Part shown: positions 28,961 through 39,423 of the stretch, in pieces
How positions within the stretch are numbered: the stretch's first letter is position 1
How the letters are laid out: every line of letters starts with the position of its first letter
Assembly: GCA_963804995.1 (NCBI GenBank)
Contig: CAWDSK010000002.1
Span: forward strand, 704,001-768,000
From: an uncultured Acidobacteriota bacterium
GTDB taxonomy: Bacteria; Acidobacteriota; Terriglobia; UBA7540
Reading direction: 5' to 3'
DNA length: 64,000 nucleotides
The notes under the pieces: model-generated
What the model was told of the DNA's origin: nothing
The model's database searches: none
Seen by the model: only the letters and a program-made list of their open reading frames with translations
Translations under genes and position numbers: made by a program

Positions 28961-31054
28961 ATGACAATGAACGTTAAGAAGATCTGCATTGTATTGAGCC
29001 TCCTACTATTTTTGGGAGGAAGTTTATGGGCGGCGCAAGACCCCGCACAGGCGGGCCCGGGAAAGGGGCCAGGGCAGACGCCGACGGCCTCCTCGGCCAC
29101 TCCGGACCACGCCAAGGCTTACTACCACTTCATGATGGCCCGGCGGTACAAGGAACTGGCGGGAATCTACAATCGTGGCGATTACATTGACCGCGCGATT
29201 TCCGAATACAAGGAAGCCATTGCCGCTGACCCCACCTCGCTCTTTCTGCGGGTCGAGCTGGCTGAGCTTTATTGGCGCTCGAGCCGGATCGGGGACGCGG
29301 TAAATGAAGCTGAAGCCGTCCTAAAGGAAGACCCGGATTATCCTGACGCCCACCGTCTGCTGGCCCGCATTTACTTCCACATGTTGGACAACACCCAGGC
29401 GGATCGTAATACCACCAAGGAAAGCCTGGGCAAAGCGATTGAGCATTTGGAAGCCCTGGTGCGCCAGACTCCCAACGACACCGATTCCTGGCTGTTGCTG
29501 GGGCGGCTCTACCGGGCCAGTAATCAGCCTGCCAAGGCGGAAGAGGCTTTCCGCAAAGTATTGAAGACGGATCCGGACTCGAAGGTGGGCCTCGCCAACT
29601 TGGCGGAACTTTATTTTCAGGAGGGCGATTACCAGCAGGCTGCGGACGCCCTGACCAAGATACCTGAGGGCGATGCCGATTCCCAGATTCTCGGAATGCT
29701 GGCTTTTGCCTACACCCAGACCCATGATTTCGATAAGGCCATCGCGACTTACGAGAAGGCGCTGGCACAGGACCCTGACAACTCAGAACTCCGCCGGGCT
29801 TATGCGGAGGCGCTTCTGAACGCCGGTAAGAACGACGCGGCGCGGGTGGAACTACAGAAGGTCCTGAAAGCCGAGCCCGAGGATGATGCCAGCTACATGC
29901 ACCTGGCCCAGATTGATCGCCAGGAAGGGCGCTTCGACGAGGCTCGTCAGGAACTGGAGAAAGCCAGAAATATTAAGCCCGACAACCTGGAAGTCCCTTA
30001 CCAGCAGGCGATGCTGGAAGACACGGTCGGCAACTCCGACAAAGCCATTCAGATTATGCAAGGATTGGTGAAGCAGTCGGAGCGGCCTGAAAATCAATAC
30101 ACCGTGGCGGAAGCCAACAACCGGGCGATTTTCCTGGAACGGCTGGGACTGGTTTACCGCGAGCAGGAGAAGTTCCCTCAGGCCATGGACTGCTTCAAAC
30201 AGATCCAGGCGCTCGGCAAAACGCAAGGCCCGCGCGCGGAGTTCCTGATCACTGAAACCTTGCGCCTGGAACACCAACCGGACAAGGCGCAGGCCGAAGT
30301 CGATAGCGCCGTCCAGGCCTATCCGCAAGACCATGCCCTGAAGATTCTGCGCGCCACTATGCTGGGTGAGAAGGGTCATGTGGACGAAGCGGTGGCGCAG
30401 CTCCAGGCCTTGCTCTCCAAGAGCGCCGGCGATCGCGAAATCTACATTTCGATCGCCCAGGTTTATTCCCAGGCCAAGCGCTTCGAAGATGCCGAGCAAG
30501 CAGTGCACAAATCGCTGGAACTGACACCCAATACGGACGATCAGGAATACGCGCTTTTCGTGCTCGCTTCCATTTACGAACGGCAGAAGAAATACGAGGT
30601 GGCGGAAGAGACGTTCAAGAAGGTGCTCGCGGTGAATCCTCTGAATGCCTCTGCCTCAAACTACCTCGGCTATATGCTGGCGGACCGCGGCATCCGGCTG
30701 GAGGAATCGGTCAAGTACATCAAGAAGGCCGTGGATCTGGAGCCCAATAACGGCGCCTACCTCGACAGCCTGGGCTGGGCGTACTTCAAGATGAACCGCT
30801 ACGACTTGGCGGAACCACACTTGGAAAAGGCCGCCCGCCTGATTCAGAATGATCCGACTATCCACGAACACCTGGGCAATCTCTATCTGCGCATGGGTAA
30901 GTCGACGATGGCTGAGGAAGAGTGGGAGCGCGCCCTGAAGGAATGGCCCGAGGCGGTTTCCAGTGACTTCGATGCCGGGCAGGCCGCCAAGCTCCAGAAG
31001 CAGCTTGACGATTTGAAGGCCCAGGCGAAGCACGATAAATCCGCGCATAAATAA
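28961..31054 (+). CDS. Exported tetratricopeptide-repeat protein
   Basis: Signal peptide, many TPRs, NYLGYMLAD...AYLDSLGWAYF...HLG; upstream of ispE. Confidence 0.92.
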   Translation: MTMNVKKICIVLSLLLFLGGSLWAAQDPAQAGPGKGPGQTPTASSATPDHAKAYYHFMMARRYKELAGIYNRGDYIDRAISEYKEAIAADPTSLFLRVELAELYWRSSRIGDAVNEAEAVLKEDPDYPDAHRLLARIYFHMLDNTQADRNTTKESLGKAIEHLEALVRQTPNDTDSWLLLGRLYRASNQPAKAEEAFRKVLKTDPDSKVGLANLAELYFQEGDYQQAADALTKIPEGDADSQILGMLAFAYTQTHDFDKAIATYEKALAQDPDNSELRRAYAEALLNAGKNDAARVELQKVLKAEPEDDASYMHLAQIDRQEGRFDEARQELEKARNIKPDNLEVPYQQAMLEDTVGNSDKAIQIMQGLVKQSERPENQYTVAEANNRAIFLERLGLVYREQEKFPQAMDCFKQIQALGKTQGPRAEFLITETLRLEHQPDKAQAEVDSAVQAYPQDHALKILRATMLGEKGHVDEAVAQLQALLSKSAGDREIYISIAQVYSQAKRFEDAEQAVHKSLELTPNTDDQEYALFVLASIYERQKKYEVAEETFKKVLAVNPLNASASNYLGYMLADRGIRLEESVKYIKKAVDLEPNNGAYLDSLGWAYFKMNRYDLAEPHLEKAARLIQNDPTIHEHLGNLYLRMGKSTMAEEEWERALKEWPEAVSSDFDAGQAAKLQKQLDDLKAQAKHDKSAHK

Positions 31055-31223
31055 ACATTCGGCATTTCCCAACGCTTCTCCCATCGCGGCGCAAAGTGGA
31101 CCGCGCCGCGTCTTTCTGAGGTAAGATTCACCTGCCTGTACTTGCTTCGCACCTTGCGTGCGGAGCCATCCGGAGATCATCCCGGGCTGGCCGCATGGGG
31201 TCCCGCCCGGCTGCGCACCTGCC

Positions 31224-32117
31224 TTGAAAAAGACACTACGCCTTCGCGCTTTCGCCAAGATCAACGCGGGTCTGAAGATTCTCGCCAAACGGCCCGACGG
31301 CTATCACGAAATCCACACTGTTTACCAAACCATCGCGCTCCACGATCGCCTGAAAATCACCTTGGCGAAACCGGGGAAGGGGATTGTTGTTGAGTGCGAT
31401 GACCCCAGCGTGCCCGCCGGGCGCGGCAATCTGGTTTACCGCGCCTGTGAGTCCTGGGCGAGCGCGCTCAACTGGCATGGCGGCATCGAAGTTCAAATTC
31501 AGAAGAGAATCCCGGTCGGCAGCGGGTTGGGCGGGGCTAGCACCGACGCGGCCGCCACGCTCCTGGGCCTCGAGCGCCTCACTCGCGATCGTCTGGATTC
31601 ATCCGCACGCCACAAGCTTGCAGCCGCGCTCGGCTCCGACGTTCCGCTGTTTCTGCTGGGGGGCCGTGTCCTGGGCTGTGGCCGTGGTGAGGAGATCTAC
31701 CCGCTCAGCGACCTTCCCTCGCGGGCCTGCCTGGTGGTCTTTCCAGGTTTCGCGGTTTCCACGGCGGAGGCCTACCGCGAGGCTGGATTGCGGTTGACAG
31801 GGCAGGCCGGAACCGCTTACATTGGTAGTGTCGGTGCGTGGCCACAATTTCCCCTGATGAGCTGGGGACCGGCCGAGAACGACTTCGAGTACGTCGTTTT
31901 CGCGAGGTGGCCTGAGCTGGCGCGCTTGAAGCGCCGGCTTATCCGGGCCGGGGCCGAAGTTGCTTCCTTGACGGGCAGCGGGTCTGCTGTGTACGCCCTC
32001 TTCTCTTCCGCTCGTCAAGTGGCCCACGCCTCGAAACTCATCCCCAACGGATGGCTCTCGTTCCGGACGCGCACACTGACGCGCCCCGGCTACCACCGGA
32101 AGGTATTTGTGGATTGA
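31224..32117 (+). CDS. ispE: 4-diphosphocytidyl-2-C-methyl-D-erythritol kinase (start codon uncertain)
   Basis: AKINAGL..RPDGYH, KRIPVGSGLGGASTDAA, LGSDVP, LTGSGS. Confidence 0.95.
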   Translation: MKKTLRLRAFAKINAGLKILAKRPDGYHEIHTVYQTIALHDRLKITLAKPGKGIVVECDDPSVPAGRGNLVYRACESWASALNWHGGIEVQIQKRIPVGSGLGGASTDAAATLLGLERLTRDRLDSSARHKLAAALGSDVPLFLLGGRVLGCGRGEEIYPLSDLPSRACLVVFPGFAVSTAEAYREAGLRLTGQAGTAYIGSVGAWPQFPLMSWGPAENDFEYVVFARWPELARLKRRLIRAGAEVASLTGSGSAVYALFSSARQVAHASKLIPNGWLSFRTRTLTRPGYHRKVFVD

Positions 32118-32210
32118 CCTATTGCATCATCGGGTCAATGAATTATTGAATGCCTGGGGACGTGGATCGAGCCCCGCAATGGCTCAATGACCCGATGGCT
32201 CAATTTTTTT

Positions 32211-32284
32211 TGGGAGGTCGTCCAGTGGTAGGACACATGCCTTTGGAGCATGGAACTCTGGTTCGAATCCAGGCCTCCCAGCCA
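32211..32284 (+). tRNA. tRNA-Gln (UUG)
   Basis: Acceptor stem TGGGAGG/CCTCCCA, anticodon arm CATGC-CT-TTG-GA-GCATG, GTTCGAATC, encoded CCA. Confidence 0.97.
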
Positions 32285-32323
32285 GTTTATGTCCCAAGTT
32301 GATAGGTTCGCGCGTGAGGTGAA

Positions 32324-33280
32324 ATGAATTCCGAAAGGGTTCGGCACACGCTCAAGGTTTTCACAGGAAACGCACATCCGGCGCTGGCGCGGGAGATCTG
32401 TGCTGACTTGGGGGTGCCGTTGGGGAAGGCCCACGTGGGCCGCTTTCCGGATGGCGAAGTGCGGCTGCAAATCCAAGAAAACGTGCGCGGCGCCGACGTT
32501 TTCGTCATTCAGCCCACTTGCCGCCCCGTGAATGACAACCTGGTGGAGTTGCTGGTCATGCTCGATGCCTTAAGCCGTGCCTCCGCCAATCGCATCACGG
32601 CCGTGATGCCTTATTTTGCTTACGCCCGCCAGGACCGCAAGGACCGGCCGCGCGTGCCCATCTCTTCGAAACTGGTGGCGGACCTGCTGACCTCCGCGGG
32701 AGCTGACCGCGTGCTGGCGCTGGAACTGCACACGGGCCAGATTCAGGGATTCTTTGATATTCCTGTGGATCACCTCTACGCCACGCCGGTCACGGTGGCT
32801 TATTTTCGCCGCTTGAAGTTGAAGAACCTGGTGGTGGTTTCGCCTGATACCGGCGGTGTGGATCGCGCCCGGGGCTTTGCCAAAAAGATGAGCGTGCCTC
32901 TGGCGATTATTGACAAGCGCCGGGAAGACGCGAACGTCGTGGAAATGTTCAACGTTATCGGCGAAGTCGAAGGCATGACCTGTTTGATTGTCGACGATAT
33001 GGTGGATACCGCCGGGACGCTGGCCAAGGGCGCCCAGGCGCTGATCGACAAAGGTGCAGCAAAAGTTTACGCCTGCTGCACGCACGGAGTCTTCGCCGAT
33101 AATGCCATCAAGAAGATCAGCGCGGCGCCGCTGGAGCAAGTGGTGGCAACGAACTCCATTCCCCTTACTGCGGAAGCGGAGCAGTGCGGCAAGATCAAAG
33201 TTTTAAGTGTGGGCAAGTTGCTGGCGCACGCCATCCGTTCCATTCATGACGAGACTTCCGTTAGCAAGCTCTTCATTTGA
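32324..33280 (+). CDS. prs: Ribose-phosphate pyrophosphokinase
   Basis: FPDGE, YARQDRK, QIQGFFD, VVSPDTGG, VDDMVDTAGT. Confidence 0.98.
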   Translation: MNSERVRHTLKVFTGNAHPALAREICADLGVPLGKAHVGRFPDGEVRLQIQENVRGADVFVIQPTCRPVNDNLVELLVMLDALSRASANRITAVMPYFAYARQDRKDRPRVPISSKLVADLLTSAGADRVLALELHTGQIQGFFDIPVDHLYATPVTVAYFRRLKLKNLVVVSPDTGGVDRARGFAKKMSVPLAIIDKRREDANVVEMFNVIGEVEGMTCLIVDDMVDTAGTLAKGAQALIDKGAAKVYACCTHGVFADNAIKKISAAPLEQVVATNSIPLTAEAEQCGKIKVLSVGKLLAHAIRSIHDETSVSKLFI

Positions 33281-33327
33281 AGAACCGAAGGCGCGAGCAC
33301 AACCCTCACGACGAGGAGTAGAAAGCC

Positions 33328-34041
33328 ATGAGCCAAGCATTTACTGTGGAAGCTGAGCCCCGCGAGGATTTCGGCAAAAACGCGGCGCGGCGCACGCGGC
33401 GCGCGGGACGCATCCCCGGCATCGTCTACGGTGGAGGCGGCCCCGTGATTCCGGTCACCGTGGATCCGGAGGGAATACGCGAAATCCTCCACTCGGAATC
33501 GGGCCACAACGCCATCTTCACGTTGGAAGTTCGGGGTAAAGCGCCGGCGCGCGCCATGATTCGCGACTGGCAGTCGGAGCCTATACGCGGCGGCCTCCTG
33601 CACGTCGATTTGGTGCGTATTGCGCTGGATACCAAACTGAAATTGAAGGTTCCGATCCACATTACCGGCGAGCCCCAGGGCGTGAAAGTGCAGGGTGGAA
33701 TTCTTGAGTTCATCCTGCGCGAGATCGAAGTTGAGTGCCTCCCGGACAACATCCCGGAGGCCATCACCGTGGACGTCACGCCGCTCACTATCGGCCAAAA
33801 CCTGCGCGTAGCGGATCTGCCCTTGGGGCCTAAGGTGAAAGTCCTGACCGATGCAAACCGCGTCGTGGCGCATGTGGTCGTCTTGAAGGCGGAAGAAGAG
33901 AAGCCGGCGGAGGTGGCGGAGGCCGCGCCCGCCGAACCTGAGGTCATCCGCAAGGGTAAGACAGAAGAAGAAGGCGCCGAGGAAGAAGCCGGCGGAGAGA
34001 AGAAAGAAAAGGGCAAGGAAAAGGGCAAGGAGAAGGATTAA
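33328..34041 (+). CDS. rplY: 50S ribosomal protein L25/Ctc
   Basis: GKNAARRTRRAGRIPGIVYG, HVDL, GVKVQGG. Confidence 0.96.
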   Translation: MSQAFTVEAEPREDFGKNAARRTRRAGRIPGIVYGGGGPVIPVTVDPEGIREILHSESGHNAIFTLEVRGKAPARAMIRDWQSEPIRGGLLHVDLVRIALDTKLKLKVPIHITGEPQGVKVQGGILEFILREIEVECLPDNIPEAITVDVTPLTIGQNLRVADLPLGPKVKVLTDANRVVAHVVVLKAEEEKPAEVAEAAPAEPEVIRKGKTEEEGAEEEAGGEKKEKGKEKGKEKD

Positions 34042-34108
34042 CCGCGGGCATGAGCCCGAATTTCGAGTTTCCCTTTTCGAGTTTCGATTCTCAGGTTTCG
34101 GGTTCTGT

Positions 34109-34690
34109 GTGAAGCTGATCGTTGGTTTGGGGAACCCCGGCTACGAGTACCACCGGACACCTCACAACCTGGGGTTCATGGCCATCGACCGCTTGGCAGA
34201 TGCTTGTGGCGTGCAATTGGCGCGCCGCGAAGCACAGGCGCTGACGGCCTCTACGGAACTCGCGGGTGTGCGCGTGGTGCTCGCCAAGCCGCAGACCTAC
34301 ATGAACCTGAGCGGTCTGGCGGTGGCGCGATTGCTCCAGAACCACGAACTTGCTTCGCGTGACCTGCTGGTGCTGGTCGACGAGATTGAATTGCCGCTGG
34401 GCACGCTGCGTATACGCCCGCGCGGCAGCGCCGGCGGGCACAATGGATTGAAATCCATCATCGGCGCGCTGGAGACCGATGATTTCACGCGGCTGCGAAT
34501 GGGTGTGCGGCCGGACCGGCAAGTGGAAGATTACGTCTCCTATCTCCTGGGGGCGTTCCGCCCGGCGGAGTGGGAGTTGGTGACGGAAATGCTCGACCAG
34601 GCCAGCGAGGCCGTCCGGGTGATTCTTTTGGAAGGTGTGCAAAAGGCGATGAACCGCTTCAACCGGCGTGTTCCATCCCCAGAGTCGTGA
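34109..34690 (+). CDS. pth: Peptidyl-tRNA hydrolase
   Basis: LIVGLGNPG..Y..TPHNLGF, KPQTYMNLSG, GSAGGHNG. Confidence 0.97.
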   Translation: MKLIVGLGNPGYEYHRTPHNLGFMAIDRLADACGVQLARREAQALTASTELAGVRVVLAKPQTYMNLSGLAVARLLQNHELASRDLLVLVDEIELPLGTLRIRPRGSAGGHNGLKSIIGALETDDFTRLRMGVRPDRQVEDYVSYLLGAFRPAEWELVTEMLDQASEAVRVILLEGVQKAMNRFNRRVPSPES

Positions 34691-34696
34691 GGTCCC

Positions 34697-35110
34697 ATGC
34701 GTAATTACGAGATGATTTTTATTGTGCGGCCCGATGTGGCTGACGATGACGTGCAAAAGCTCATCACGCAGATGGAAGGCGTAGTGGGCTCGGCAGGCGG
34801 CAAAGTGGAGAAGGTCGAAAAGATGGGCCGCCGCCGGCTGGCTTATCGCGTCCACAAACAGCGCGAGGGTTTCTACGTGCTCTTCTACGTGCAGGGCACG
34901 GGAGACACGATCCGCGAATTTGAGCGCCGTCTCAAGGTGACCGACACCGTGATCAAGTATCTCACCGTGTGCACGGACGAGATTTTACAGCGCGCGGAGA
35001 AATTTAAGGCTCTGCGGACCAAGCAGGAGGCCAAGCGTCGCCGGAGCAAGCCTGCTCCCGCTCCGGCACCCATGCCCCCCGTCGCTCCGGCTGAAACCGC
35101 GCAGGCATAA
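34697..35110 (+). CDS. rpsF: 30S ribosomal protein S6
   Basis: [12 protein letters not shown]...GRRRLAY. Confidence 0.96.
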   Translation: MRNYEMIFIVRPDVADDDVQKLITQMEGVVGSAGGKVEKVEKMGRRRLAYRVHKQREGFYVLFYVQGTGDTIREFERRLKVTDTVIKYLTVCTDEILQRAEKFKALRTKQEAKRRRSKPAPAPAPMPPVAPAETAQA

Positions 35111-35124
35111 AGGAGTCAATAACC

Positions 35125-35424
35125 ATGGCTTATCCCAAAGAAAACGCGCCCCCCGGAGAACGCCCGCCCCGGCGGGAAGGGGGAGGAGGCGGCGGAGGCC
35201 GAAAGCAATACTTCCGCCGGCGCAAGGTCTGCAAGTTCTGCGAAGAGAAAATCGATGTGATCGATTTCAAGGATGTGCGGCTGGTTGGTGAGTTCATCGC
35301 CGAGCGCGGCAAGATTCTGCCCCGTCGTCTGACCGGCACCTGCTCCACGCATCAACGCGCGCTGTCCGAAGCCATTAAGCGCGCCCGGAATATAGCCCTG
35401 CTGCCGTTCGCGGCGGGAACCTAA
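35125..35424 (+). CDS. rpsR: 30S ribosomal protein S18
   Basis: RRKVCKFC...[12 protein letters not shown]...[12 protein letters not shown]. Confidence 0.97.
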   Translation: MAYPKENAPPGERPPRREGGGGGGGRKQYFRRRKVCKFCEEKIDVIDFKDVRLVGEFIAERGKILPRRLTGTCSTHQRALSEAIKRARNIALLPFAAGT

Positions 35425-35521
35425 ACGCCAGCGGCGCACTGTTGCCGCCGGGAAAGGACGCCCCAGCCGGGGCGTTCCCCCGCCCGCGCCGCCGTGCCGT
35501 TTCAATTCAGGGAGTCTCCGT

Positions 35522-36103
35522 ATGGAAGTTATCCTTTTAGAGAATATTGATAAAATTGGAACGCGCGGCCAGGTGGTGAAGGTGGCCGCGGGATATGGGC
35601 GCAACTTCTTGTTGCCCAAGAAGCTGGCCGTGGCGGCCACTCCGCAGAACCGCAAGTGGGTGGAGCAGCAGCGCGTCCGCTTCCTCAAGCTGGAAGCCAA
35701 GGAGAAAGCTGACGCCGCCGACCTCGCTACACTTCTTCAGGATGTTAGCGTCACCTTGATCCGCAAAGCCGGTGAAAAGGGTAACCTCTTCGGCTCCGTC
35801 ACCTCGATGGACGTTGCGGAAAAGCTGCTGGCCCAGGGCTACCATATTGACAAGCGCAAGATCCAGATCAGCACCCCCATCAAGGTGCTGGGCGAGTATG
35901 GCGTCCCCGTCAAGCTGCACCGGGAAGTGACGGCGACGGTCAAGGTGCTTGTCGAGCCCGATGAGGAATCGCGAGCCAAGATCCAGACCGCCGCGGAAGC
36001 CAAGGCGAAGGCGGCTGCCAAAGCACCGCCCCCCCCGGCCCAGGAAACTGCGGTTGCCCCTGCGGAGGCTCCTGCCGCCGAAGCTACTCCAGAAAACGAG
36101 TAG
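35522..36103 (+). CDS. rplI: 50S ribosomal protein L9
   Basis: MEVILLE...GYGRNFLLP...LFGSVT. Confidence 0.97.
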   Translation: MEVILLENIDKIGTRGQVVKVAAGYGRNFLLPKKLAVAATPQNRKWVEQQRVRFLKLEAKEKADAADLATLLQDVSVTLIRKAGEKGNLFGSVTSMDVAEKLLAQGYHIDKRKIQISTPIKVLGEYGVPVKLHREVTATVKVLVEPDEESRAKIQTAAEAKAKAAAKAPPPPAQETAVAPAEAPAAEATPENE

Positions 36104-36588
36104 CCGTACCCGCTCCGCCTTACCCCAACTCACCCCTCTGCCTCTGGCAGAGGGCGGGTGAAGAGTTTCCTTGCCTCTGATGAGAACTCTTATTTCCTAA
36201 AGTCGGCTGAACATCCCACCCCACGCCTCCTCAGCGACCCTCACGAGAAATCCACAGCCCCGCCTGACTTCTCCACAGGTATTCGAGGCCTTGCACAGGA
36301 ATTCCACAACCCGTGAGCACCTTTTCCTGTACTCCATCCTTGGGATGCTGCACACTTCATGACCAGTAGAGTCAGAGCACGTATCAAGAAAAGACATTCG
36401 CTTTGGCAGCGGGCGCCCCGAACTCCTCCGGGCCGGGCCATGAGGTGGCACGCCAGAAAGGCTGCCGCAATTTTCGCCGCGCTTGAAGCCAGCGCTGGCG
36501 GGTGTACGGTGCGGGTCATGCAATCTTCCCCCGGCCGTTGCTGGGGTGACCACAGCGGGTCGAGATAGTGTAAAATTGGAATCAGCCG

Positions 36589-37968
36589 ATGCCCACCGCG
36601 ACGATCAACGACCGGACTGTTCCTCATAATCTGGAAGCGGAACGCGCTCTGTTGGGCTCGATTTTGCTCAACAACAGCGCCCTGAACTCCGCCCTGGAAG
36701 TCCTCTCGAAGGAAGACTTCTATTCGGAATCCCACCGCCTGATCTTCGAAAAAATGGTTGTGCTGTCGGAGAAGAGCCGCCCCATCGATTTGGTAACGCT
36801 CTCAGAAGAGCTTTCGAGGGACGGCTGGCTGGAAAAGTCCGGCGGGGCGGCGTATCTCGCTGCGCTTACGGACGGCGTCCCCATCGGTACCCTGGCGGCG
36901 GTGGGAGAATACTGCCGCATCGTCAAAGAGAAATCCACGGTCCGCCGCTTGATCAACGCCTCCAGTAACGTGATCTCGAGGTGCCTGGAAGGCACGGATG
37001 ACCCCGAGACGCTGATCGACCTCGCGCAGACCCAGGTTTTCGACATCGCTGAGCAGCGCGTGCAATCGGGGTTCTCAACCATCCGCGAAATCGTCAAAAC
37101 GAGCTTCGGTCAAATTAATGTCTTGTTCGACCGCGGCCAGCGTGTGACCGGCATTGAGACGGGTTTCGTGGACCTTGATAATATGACCTCCGGGTTGCAA
37201 GCGGGTGAGTTGATTGTGGTTGCGGCGCGTCCCTCCTTGGGCAAAACTGCGTTGGCCCTCAACATTTCCGCCCACGCTGCCATCGAAGGCCGTAGGAAAG
37301 TGGGGGTCTTTTCGCTCGAAATGAGCAAAGAATCACTGGTCATCCGCCTGCTCTGCTCGGAGGCGCGCATTGACAGTCACAAGCTGCGCACCGGCTTTTC
37401 CAACCGTGACGACTGGAAGAGGATGACCGACGCTTTGGGCAGGCTGTCGGAAGCGCCGCTTTATATCGATGACACGCCCGCTCTGAGTATCATGCAGATT
37501 CGCGCCAAGGCCCGGCGCATGAAAGCGGAAAAAGGACTTGACCTGCTTATCGTGGATTACCTGCAACTGGTTTCCGGCCATGGCCGTTTTGAGAACCGCA
37601 CCCAGGAAGTCAGTTACATTTCACGCGGCCTGAAGAGTATCGCCAAGGAACTGCACGTCCCGGTGTTGGCGCTCTCACAGTTGAGCCGTGCCCCGGAGCA
37701 GCGCCCCGGCCAGCGCCCGCAACTTTCGGACCTCCGTGAGTCCGGGTCAATCGAACAGGATGCCGACGTGGTAATCTTCATCTTCCGGGAGCGGAAGTCA
37801 GCCGAGGAGCAGGAGGGCGAAGAAGAGTTTGTGCACGGCGGCTCCGAAACTCGGCTGATCATTGGTAAACAGCGCAACGGTCCCACCGGAGAAGTCCCGG
37901 TTGTCTTCCTGAAGCCCTATGCTAAATTCGAAAACAAGGCTCACGAAGACGGTGGGGCCTACGCGTGA
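36589..37968 (+). CDS. dnaB: Replicative DNA helicase DnaB
   Basis: PHNLEAE, AARPSLGKT, FSLEM, VDYLQL, LSQLSR, SDLRESGSIEQDAD, KQRNGPTG. Confidence 0.98.
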   Translation: MPTATINDRTVPHNLEAERALLGSILLNNSALNSALEVLSKEDFYSESHRLIFEKMVVLSEKSRPIDLVTLSEELSRDGWLEKSGGAAYLAALTDGVPIGTLAAVGEYCRIVKEKSTVRRLINASSNVISRCLEGTDDPETLIDLAQTQVFDIAEQRVQSGFSTIREIVKTSFGQINVLFDRGQRVTGIETGFVDLDNMTSGLQAGELIVVAARPSLGKTALALNISAHAAIEGRRKVGVFSLEMSKESLVIRLLCSEARIDSHKLRTGFSNRDDWKRMTDALGRLSEAPLYIDDTPALSIMQIRAKARRMKAEKGLDLLIVDYLQLVSGHGRFENRTQEVSYISRGLKSIAKELHVPVLALSQLSRAPEQRPGQRPQLSDLRESGSIEQDADVVIFIFRERKSAEEQEGEEEFVHGGSETRLIIGKQRNGPTGEVPVVFLKPYAKFENKAHEDGGAYA

Positions 37969-38125
37969 GCAAGCCGGCACCTGGCGAGGAAACAAACGCG
38001 CTACGGTTGAGTGATCTGGAATTCTGAATCTTGAATCTGACATTTCAGATCTCAAATTCTGAATCTTATTACTGGAAGGCCGACGTAACGTCCTGGGGCT
38101 ATCCTATCTGAATAATACGTTTTCT

Positions 38126-39277
38126 GTGAGCCACCCAACTGATAAACTCCTCCGTCCGACCTGGGTCGAGATTTCGCTCTCCAAGCTGCGGCGCAACTAT
38201 CAGCGTGTCCGTGATCTGGCCGGCGCGCGCAAGGTCATGGCCGTCGTAAAAGCCGACGCCTACGGCCATGGCGCCGTACCAGTCGCGATGTGTCTGGCTG
38301 CGTGCGGTGTGGATTGGTTCGGCGTGGCAACGGTCGAGGAGGCCCTGGAACTGCGCGCAGCGGGAATCCAGCAGCCGGTGCTGCTGTTGGGCGGGCTTTA
38401 CATGAGCGACCCCGCCCACTTGATCGAATACCGGCTGACGCCCTCGATATCCTCCACTATGCGCCTCGACACTTACGCGGAGTGCGCGCACCGCTACGGC
38501 CGGCCGATAGAATTTCACTTGAAAGTGGATTCCGGGCTGGGGCGTCTGGGCTTGCCGCTTGACCGTGTCGCAGCGTTCGTTGAACATTACCGCGAGCTGG
38601 AGGGGCTGCAAATGAAGGGGCTCTTTACGCATCTGGCATCGGCAGAAGACCTCGTAGCCTCACAGACTGATGAGCAAGCGCAGCGCTTTACGGCAGTGCT
38701 CGAGCAAATGCATAGGCTGCGAGTTGAACCGGAATGGATTCATGTCTCGAACAGTGCGGCGCTGCTGACCGGCCGGAAGTTCTCTGAAAACCTGGTGCGT
38801 GCGGGTGCGCTGCTTTACGGCTATTGTATGCCGCTGGTGGTGCTGCCGGGGCAGGAGCTTCCCAAGGTCCCGGAATTTGAACCCATTCTGACTTTCAAGT
38901 CCAGGATTGTCTATATGAAGGATGTTCCCAGCGGCACCCCGTTGGGTTATGGCGCAGCGTTCTTCACTCGCCGGCCATCGCGCATCGCTACGGTGCCGGT
39001 TGGTTACGCCGACGGTCTCAGCCATGCGCTTTCTAACCGCGGCTATGCCATTGTGCGCGGCAGGCGCGCGCGCATCGTGGGCAGCGTCAGCATGGACCTG
39101 TCGCTCCTCAACGCCACTGACATTTCCGGAACGGACATCGGCGACGAAGTTATCCTGATCGGCGAATCAAACCACAGCTCGATTACCGCCATCGAAATCG
39201 CCCAACTGCTCGATACGGTTCCCTACGAAGTCCTCTGCTCTATCGGCAAACGCGTGCCGCGGATTTATGTGGATTGA
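38126..39277 (+). CDS. alr: Alanine racemase
   Basis: AVVKADAYGHGA, HLKVDSGLGRLG, VPVGYADG, IVGSVSMD. Confidence 0.97.
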   Translation: MSHPTDKLLRPTWVEISLSKLRRNYQRVRDLAGARKVMAVVKADAYGHGAVPVAMCLAACGVDWFGVATVEEALELRAAGIQQPVLLLGGLYMSDPAHLIEYRLTPSISSTMRLDTYAECAHRYGRPIEFHLKVDSGLGRLGLPLDRVAAFVEHYRELEGLQMKGLFTHLASAEDLVASQTDEQAQRFTAVLEQMHRLRVEPEWIHVSNSAALLTGRKFSENLVRAGALLYGYCMPLVVLPGQELPKVPEFEPILTFKSRIVYMKDVPSGTPLGYGAAFFTRRPSRIATVPVGYADGLSHALSNRGYAIVRGRRARIVGSVSMDLSLLNATDISGTDIGDEVILIGESNHSSITAIEIAQLLDTVPYEVLCSIGKRVPRIYVD

Positions 39278-39423
39278 TTACGGTGCGCCTCAACGGACGG
39301 AAGCACCACGAACACCCCACCCAGTCCCAGGGGAGAGGGTGCCCGATGGACGATGGCGGGTGGGGGGTTCTTCTTAACTTGCCCGATTACCCCTGGAATG
39401 ATTGCCCACCTTGGGACGCAATT

